Assembly: GCA_963816075.1 (NCBI GenBank)
Contig: CAWFJI010000010.1
Location: forward strand, 11,678 to 75,677
From: an uncultured Flavobacteriaceae bacterium
Lineage (GTDB): Bacteria > Bacteroidota > Bacteroidia > Flavobacteriales > Flavobacteriaceae
Reading direction: 5' to 3'
DNA: 64,000 nucleotides
Made by a program: the position numbers and the translations under genes. The notes under the pieces were generated by a model that was given only the letters and a program-made list of their open reading frames with translations, searched no databases and was not told the origin of the DNA. Below are positions 58,550-64,000 of the stretch, piece after piece; positions within the stretch are counted from its first letter, which is position 1, and each line of letters begins with the position of its first letter.

Positions 58550-59311
58550 GTGTACCGGCTAACCATTCTTTTTACCCTTCTGTTATTCTGTGAAATACAT
58601 GCGCAGGAGGGCCTGGTATTGCTGAAAGGAACCATATTGTTGGATGCAGTTCCTGTTGAAAATGTACATGTACTCAACAAAAGCAGAAATACAGGGACCA
58701 TTTCTGACCAGTATGGTAAATTTGCTATGCATATTCAATTGGGAGATACCCTGACAGTCTCAGCTATACAAATTCGGCCGGAACAGTTGGTTATCAATGA
58801 TGAAATATACAACAGAAAAACGATTGAAGTACACCTGATTTCAGCTGACTATTCCCTGGAAGAAATATTTCTGAGGGAGCCCAAAAATATGGCCAGAGCA
58901 TTAAACCTCCCGAACGCCGACAAAGAACCCTTGGATAAGATTGACAGAAAACTCAATTTTTACAGCCAGGAGCCAACAGTAATGGTTGTTCTGGCCACGC
59001 TGCTCGGTCAACCCGGTGGAATTGATGATCTTTATAATATTATCTCAGGAAACCGCAAACGAGACCGAAAGCTGAAATCATTGTACGAAGCAGATCGTAT
59101 ACATGCCGTTTACGACTCAGCACTTTCAGAAATAAGGGAGCATTTTTCTGATAAGTTCTTTACTGATAAGCTTGGAATCGGTAAGGAGAACATCAGTGAG
59201 TTCCTTTGGCAAAGTGAACCCGAGAAAATTATTAAGCTGTTTAAAGAAGACAGATATTTGGAAATAACCGATATCTTTGTAATACGAAGCAAAAACTTCA
59301 ATCCCGATTAG
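58550..59311 (+). CDS. carboxypeptidase-regulatory-like domain protein (paralog 1)
   Basis: 253-aa ORF with a GTG start and a signal peptide. N-terminal CarboxypepD_reg-like beta-sandwich (KGTILLDAVPVENVHVLNKSRNTGTISDQYGKFAM). Confidence 0.7.
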   Translation: MYRLTILFTLLLFCEIHAQEGLVLLKGTILLDAVPVENVHVLNKSRNTGTISDQYGKFAMHIQLGDTLTVSAIQIRPEQLVINDEIYNRKTIEVHLISADYSLEEIFLREPKNMARALNLPNADKEPLDKIDRKLNFYSQEPTVMVVLATLLGQPGGIDDLYNIISGNRKRDRKLKSLYEADRIHAVYDSALSEIREHFSDKFFTDKLGIGKENISEFLWQSEPEKIIKLFKEDRYLEITDIFVIRSKNFNPD

Positions 59312-59313
59312 TT

Positions 59314-60069
59314 ATGAGCGCTATCTATAAAGTGTTTATTCCCCTCTTGCTTCTCTTGGCCCATAGCGAACTGCTGGCACAGGAAACACGCGTACCTGTA
59401 AGAGGTAAGATCCTTAGTGACAGTGCAAGTGTTGAGGATGTACATATCATCAACCTGAGTTCCAGAAAAGGCAGTTTAAGCAATTCCGAAGGCGTTTTTT
59501 ATATGAATGTAAAAGAGAATGATACCCTTCAGTTCTCTAATATCCAGTTTAAAACAAAAACCCTCATAATCTCAAAAGAGATCGTTCAAAGCGGTGCCTT
59601 GACGGTGAAACTGGATTTGAATATGGAAGTCCTGAGGGAAATCTTTATCAGGGATCCGAATGATTTTATGAAGGTCAAAGATACCCCAGTTGTGAAGGTA
59701 GATTCGCGTGCCCTTGACCTGCCCAATGCCGGTAAAGTTCCACTGACCCAGGAAGAAAGAAAAGTGAACTATTATGACAGAGGGGGCAGTATTGATAAAC
59801 TGTACGGACTGATCAGCGGCGACAAAAAAAGAAAGAAACAGGTTCAAAAGATATTTAGCGAAGAAGAGATACTCGGATTGATCCGACTGTATTTAACCGA
59901 CCAGTACTTTCTGAAAATTCTGGAGATTGATGAGCCATGGATAGACCGGTTCCTGCAGACCTGCAAGTCAGAAGGCATAGTCAATGAATTTAAAACGAGC
60001 CAGTACCAAAACCTGCTGGATTCGCTCGACAAGTGCAGGGCGGATTTTTCTACCACGGCTGAGGATTAA
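59314..60069 (+). CDS. carboxypeptidase-regulatory-like domain protein (paralog 2)
   Basis: 251-aa ORF, 2 nt after paralog 1. Shares G.IL.D...VE.VH..N.S, DTL..S.IQ, LxLPNAxKxPL and GG(S/I)D.LY..ISG motifs with it. Confidence 0.7.
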   Translation: MSAIYKVFIPLLLLLAHSELLAQETRVPVRGKILSDSASVEDVHIINLSSRKGSLSNSEGVFYMNVKENDTLQFSNIQFKTKTLIISKEIVQSGALTVKLDLNMEVLREIFIRDPNDFMKVKDTPVVKVDSRALDLPNAGKVPLTQEERKVNYYDRGGSIDKLYGLISGDKKRKKQVQKIFSEEEILGLIRLYLTDQYFLKILEIDEPWIDRFLQTCKSEGIVNEFKTSQYQNLLDSLDKCRADFSTTAED

Positions 60070-60194
60070 GAGCGATTGCCTGATGGAAATAATTCTAAGC
60101 ATTGCTGCTCAATTCAATAAAATTTTTATTCCTTTGGAACCAACAAAAAATCAGTTGACCGCCAAATAATCATCGCAGGTCATTCTAAAAAATT

Positions 60195-60695
60195 ATGAGA
60201 TTTTCAAAGTGGATCATGCTCTTCCTGGCGCTTGCCTGTCTGTCATTCACACTGCACAAATACTATGTCAGCATGACAGAAATCAAATATGCACCTGAAA
60301 AAAAAGAGATACAGATCACCATGCGGTTTTTTATTGATGATTTTGAAAAGGTGCTCAGTGATCAGTTCAAAAAACCCTTTGCACTTGCAACAGAAAAAGA
60401 GCTAAAGGATGCAGATACCTATCTCAACTTTTACCTTCAGCAAAATTTCAGGTTAACGGTGAATGAAAAAAACCTGAAATTGCATTTTCTCGGTAAAGAA
60501 TACGAAAATGACATCGTATATCTTTATGCAGAAGTTTCTGGTATTTCTGGTATTCAATCCATTGAAGTTCAGAACCGTATGTTATTCGAAGGCTTCCCTG
60601 ACCAGCAAAATTACATCAAGTTCAATGTAAACGCGCAAAAGAAAACAGCAATACTTACGAGAGGAAATGACAGGGAATTGTTAAAATATGAATGA
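60195..60695 (+). CDS. DUF6702-like family protein
   Basis: 166-aa ORF with a signal/anchor. LHKYYVSMTEIKY..KEIQITMRFFIDDFE resembles the family usually found upstream of Bacteroidota M1 peptidases. Confidence 0.6.
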   Translation: MRFSKWIMLFLALACLSFTLHKYYVSMTEIKYAPEKKEIQITMRFFIDDFEKVLSDQFKKPFALATEKELKDADTYLNFYLQQNFRLTVNEKNLKLHFLGKEYENDIVYLYAEVSGISGIQSIEVQNRMLFEGFPDQQNYIKFNVNAQKKTAILTRGNDRELLKYE

Positions 60696-60757
60696 AAAAA
60701 AACAAAGTAAGCTAAAAATATTATCTTCGAAAACAAATTAAAAAATCCATTATTATC

Positions 60758-63040
60758 ATGACCAAGAACATCATTCTGTCCATTTTGATCAGCTTTTTTT
60801 CATGTGTGGTTTTTGCTCAGGAAAAACCTGCAGAAAAACCGAAACGTGAGCCGGGCCATTACAACATCAGTAAATTCAAACAATTAAGTGATGAGTTGCC
60901 CACACCCAACAACTACAGAACTGCTTCCGGTGCTCCGGGGCACGAGTACTACCAGCAGCAGGCGGACTACAAAATGGATATCATTCTCGATGACGAGAAC
61001 CAGCGTTTGTATGGTGAAGAGACCATAACCTATTTCAATAATTCTCCGGACAATCTGGATTTTTTATGGGTTCAGCTCGACCAGAATATCTATGCCCCGG
61101 ATGCGAAGACCAATGATATTTCAGCCAGTGGGCCCGGTGTGTACTACAATGCAGAAAAATTTACCCAGAGCTTTCTGGGAAAACCATTTGACGGCGGTTT
61201 TAAAATAGATTATGTGAAGCATATAAATGGCTCCGACCTTCCGCATTTTGTTAATGGCACCATGATGCGTGTGGATCTTCCTGCCACCCTCAAACCCGGA
61301 ATGAGTACAAGTTTTAAGATCAAATGGTGGTATAACATCGTCAATTATAAAAATAACAGGAGCCGGTCCGGTTACGAACATTTTCCAAAAGATGGCAACA
61401 ATGGTTATATCATAGCCCAGTTCTTTCCAAGGATGGCAGTTTATAATGAAGTGGAAGGCTGGCAGACCATGCCTTTTCTGGGCCAGGGAGAATTTACTTT
61501 GCCATTTGGAAATTACGAAGTAAATATTACCACTCCGGATGACCACCTTCTCGACGGCACAGGACTTTTGCTGAACCGGAAAGAAATGCTCACCCATGAC
61601 CAGTGGAAACGGTTTGAAGAAGCGCAGAAATCATTTGATAAACCGGTAATCGTCGCCACACAAAAAGAAGCTGAAGAAAGGGAAAAAGGTTTCTCAAAAA
61701 AGACAAAAACCTGGAAATTCAAGGCTGAAAATGTGCGTGATTTCGCCTTTGCGAGCTCGAGAAAATATATTTTAGACGCACAGGCTGTTCTGATCGGTGG
61801 AAAAACCGTGATGGCCATATCCCTGTATCCGAAAGAAGGAAATCCGTTATGGGAAAAATACTCAACTAAAACAGTGGTACACACCTTAAAAAGTTATTCC
61901 GCAAGGCTGTTTGACTACCCTTACCACAAGGCAATTTCCGTGAATGCTGACCAGCAGGGTATGGAATATCCGATGATCTGCTGGAATTTCGGAAGAACCA
62001 ATGAAGATGGTAGCTATTCTGAGAGAACGAGAACCGGAATGATTGGCGTGATCGTTCATGAAGTAGGTCATAACTTTTTTCCGATGATCGTCAATTCAGA
62101 TGAACGCCAGTGGGGCTGGATGGATGAAGGACTGAACACCTTTACCCAATTGCTGGCCGAAGAAGCGTTTGAACCTGGATTTCCTGCCAGGGGTTATCCG
62201 AAAGATATCGTTGATTATATGAGCGGTGATCAAAATAATTTGCAACCCATCATGACCCAGCACGATCTGGTTACAAATAGTGGTTCCAATGCTTATTCAA
62301 AGCCGGCAGCCGGTTTGTATATGCTGCGGGAAGTAATTTTAGGCCACGAACTGTTTGATAAAGCATTCAAGACTTATGCGGAAAGATGGAAATTTAAACA
62401 CCCTACCCCTGCAGATTTCTTCAGAACCATGGAAGATGCGTCAGGCACGGAACTGGACTGGTTTTGGAGGGGTTGGTTTTATACTACCGATTACAATGAC
62501 ATCGGGGTAAAAGGTGTAAACAAATATATCGTTACCGATAAACCTACTAAACGCATTGAAAATATGGCAAAACAATACGGAATGAAAGTTGAGGATTTTC
62601 TGCCTGCCCTGTTTCTTGTAAATCCCGATAGTGAGGACTACAAGGCAGAAATGGCGAAAGAGGTGGATCCGATGAACGATTTTAAATTTTTGGATGACTA
62701 TCTGAAAAACAACTTTACTGAAGAAGAGCGCAAAACACTTAAAAACAGTAAATATTTCTATGAGATCGTCTTTGAAAAACCGGGAGGACTTGTAATGCCG
62801 ATACTCGCCGAATTTGTTTATGCCGATGGCAGCCGGGAAAACAAATACTACCCTGCCGAGATCTGGCGCTTCAATGACAAAGAGGTTAAAAAATTGGTAG
62901 CCAGTGAAAAAGAGATCGTCGAGATCCATATCGACCCGAAAAAACTCACAGCCGATGTGGATACCGAGAACAACAGCTGGCCCAGGAAAAAGGAAGAAAC
63001 CCAGTTCGAACAGTTTAAGAAGAAAACGGTAAATGAATAG
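60758..63040 (+). CDS. M1-family zinc metallopeptidase (secreted)
   Basis: 760-aa ORF with a signal peptide and the gluzincin motif HEVGHNFF..18 aa..WMDEGLNTF. Confidence 0.88.
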   Translation: MTKNIILSILISFFSCVVFAQEKPAEKPKREPGHYNISKFKQLSDELPTPNNYRTASGAPGHEYYQQQADYKMDIILDDENQRLYGEETITYFNNSPDNLDFLWVQLDQNIYAPDAKTNDISASGPGVYYNAEKFTQSFLGKPFDGGFKIDYVKHINGSDLPHFVNGTMMRVDLPATLKPGMSTSFKIKWWYNIVNYKNNRSRSGYEHFPKDGNNGYIIAQFFPRMAVYNEVEGWQTMPFLGQGEFTLPFGNYEVNITTPDDHLLDGTGLLLNRKEMLTHDQWKRFEEAQKSFDKPVIVATQKEAEEREKGFSKKTKTWKFKAENVRDFAFASSRKYILDAQAVLIGGKTVMAISLYPKEGNPLWEKYSTKTVVHTLKSYSARLFDYPYHKAISVNADQQGMEYPMICWNFGRTNEDGSYSERTRTGMIGVIVHEVGHNFFPMIVNSDERQWGWMDEGLNTFTQLLAEEAFEPGFPARGYPKDIVDYMSGDQNNLQPIMTQHDLVTNSGSNAYSKPAAGLYMLREVILGHELFDKAFKTYAERWKFKHPTPADFFRTMEDASGTELDWFWRGWFYTTDYNDIGVKGVNKYIVTDKPTKRIENMAKQYGMKVEDFLPALFLVNPDSEDYKAEMAKEVDPMNDFKFLDDYLKNNFTEEERKTLKNSKYFYEIVFEKPGGLVMPILAEFVYADGSRENKYYPAEIWRFNDKEVKKLVASEKEIVEIHIDPKKLTADVDTENNSWPRKKEETQFEQFKKKTVNE

Positions 63041-63198
63041 AAGGACAAAGGACAAAGGAAATAGTATTGAGATATGAGTATTGAGTATTGAGAAATTGAA
63101 AATCAGGAAATAGGAAAAAGTGATCGCGAAGGGATTTATAATTCGTAGCCCCGCGATGCCTCGCGGGGTGACTAACCCTTAATCCCCGCCGCACTTAG
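63041..63198. repeat. solitary diverged copy of the 45-kb array element, inverted on the + strand
   Basis: Starts right after the M1 stop with about 12 purine-rich heptamers (AAGGACA AAGGACA AAGGAAA .. GAGTATT GAGTATT ..). Next comes TCGTAGCCCCGCGATGCCTCGCGGGGTGA (63143-63171), the reverse complement of the array hairpin block. It ends with CCGCCGCACTTAG (63186-63198), the reverse complement of the array's left boundary. Confidence 0.85.
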
Positions 63199-63265
63199 TC
63201 TTGATAATGGACAAATCACTGAATTTAGGAAATAGCTCTATCGGCTTTGCTTTTGGCAGTTGTTT

Positions 63266-63724
63266 TTATACCGTAATCCTCGATGAATTCTTGACTTCAT
63301 TGATGATAAATGTACTGTAAGCACTTCCGATATAATCAATTGTTGTAAGCTTGTTGTTCAAAAAATCCCGGTAGGCCTTCATGTTCTTTACCACTACTTT
63401 AAGAAAATAATCATAATCGCCACTGATGTTGTAACACTCCAGTACTTCATCAAATTGCAAAACCTCCTTTTCAAATTTTCTGACCAGTTCCTGCTTGTGC
63501 TGTACCAGTTTGATCTGGCAAAAAACCACAAAGGATTTGTCGATCTTTTCTTTGTCGAGTACGGCCACATAGTTCGTAATGACCTTATTCCGCTCCATCT
63601 TTTTGATTCTTTCGTAAACCGCTGTAGCTGACAGATTCAGTTTTAGGGAAATCTCCTTGGTTGTGATCTTGCTGTCGGTTTGCAACAACCACATGATCTC
63701 TTTGTCTTTTTGATCGTATTCCAT
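63266..63724 (-). CDS. Lrp/AsnC family transcriptional regulator
   Basis: 152-aa ORF with an N-terminal HTH (ISLKLNLSATAVYERIKKMERNKVI) and a C-terminal RAM/AsnC_trans_reg domain. Confidence 0.9.
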   Translation of the reverse strand: MEYDQKDKEIMWLLQTDSKITTKEISLKLNLSATAVYERIKKMERNKVITNYVAVLDKEKIDKSFVVFCQIKLVQHKQELVRKFEKEVLQFDEVLECYNISGDYDYFLKVVVKNMKAYRDFLNNKLTTIDYIGSAYSTFIINEVKNSSRITV

Positions 63725-63875
63725 CTGTGTAATTATCTAATCTCCTCTAATAATATTCAAATGTAATTACTATTTATCTATTTTTATATTATTATTTAGT
63801 TTTATTATCTATTATTTAAATATTATATTGATTTTTTATCATATAATAAATTACTTTGTTTAAAAATTTTCCACT

Positions 63876-64000
63876 ATGCATTCCAAACACAAACCGGCCA
63901 ACGTGATCCAGGACCTTCAATTCTTTGGTGAATTTGGAGGGGTAAATCCTTCTATCTCAGATTCTTCCACTTATACTTTTTTAGCTGCAAAATCGATGAT
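63876..64000 (+). CDS. Cys/Met-metabolism PLP-dependent enzyme (methionine gamma-lyase / trans-sulfuration family), 5' fragment
   Basis: Hand translation from ATG 63876 gives MHSKHKPANVIQDLQFFGEFGGVNPSISDSSTYTFLAAKSM, open to the window end. It is divergent from the Lrp gene. Confidence 0.5.
   Translation, partial: MHSKHKPANVIQDLQFFGEFGGVNPSISDSSTYTFLAAKSM

Noticed and set aside
62441-63055. 204-aa minus-strand ORF antisense to the M1 peptidase. Similar long antisense ORFs are 11294..11899 and 10669..11169 in ftsH, 38995..39636 in NRAMP, 52843..53481, 53629..54285 and 54781..55305 in porU, and 40736..41212 in GT2.
   Set aside because: All lie entirely inside strongly supported genes on the opposite strand. 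Their composition is odd, with low-complexity, Phe/Ile/Lys- or Ser/Pro-rich text. None shows a recognisable motif. These are typical shadow ORFs.

Overview
This window looks like a gene-dense chromosomal core region of a Flavobacteriia-type Bacteroidota genome. The taxonomic call rests on an adjacent gldJ-porU-porV gliding/T9SS trio, TAnnTTTG -7 promoter boxes, and short leaders without Shine-Dalgarno sequences. I support about 60 protein-coding genes, almost all housekeeping. Cell envelope: MurI-like racemase, ddl, murB, murF, NamZ-like, lpxK, LptF/G, LolA/LolE-like, cdsA-psd, dgkA. Translation: valS, argS, rsfS, rluD and an EF-G paralog. Cofactor and nucleotide genes: coaD, birA, ribBA, lipA, pyrE, cdd, PNP. 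Others: ftsH, ftsK, lpdA, tpx and several peptidases (M14, M1, S51, aspartyl-PDZ). I saw no rRNA, tRNA, CRISPR array, transposase/integrase or recognisable defence genes. Three genes (M14 carboxypeptidase, birA, NRAMP transporter) are each split by a single +/-1 frameshift. The birA and NRAMP shifts are pinned to short homopolymers, and for M14 short A-runs are the candidate sites; I read this as probable assembly error rather than biology, but flag each one. The only structure I cannot explain is a non-coding array at 45038-45675. It has three near-identical 95-bp cores, each with an 8-bp GC hairpin, separated by blocks of strictly 7-nt-periodic repeats. A diverged solitary copy lies at 63041-63198. 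Other items worth a second look are listed here.
- An EF-G paralog whose catalytic His is replaced (DTPGLDDF).
- A Bpt/ATE-like aminoacyl-tRNA protein transferase homolog lacking the N-terminal Cys motifs.
- A small TM/Cys-rich/(His-Asp)5 protein translationally coupled to a GT2-ECF sigma-NRAMP operon.
- A signal-peptide-bearing long MurI-like racemase.
- A divergent PurD-like ATP-grasp plus GNAT pair.
Overall this is an ordinary core region, and I cannot point to a convincing new multi-gene system. All functional calls come from motif and family recognition by eye; no searches were run.
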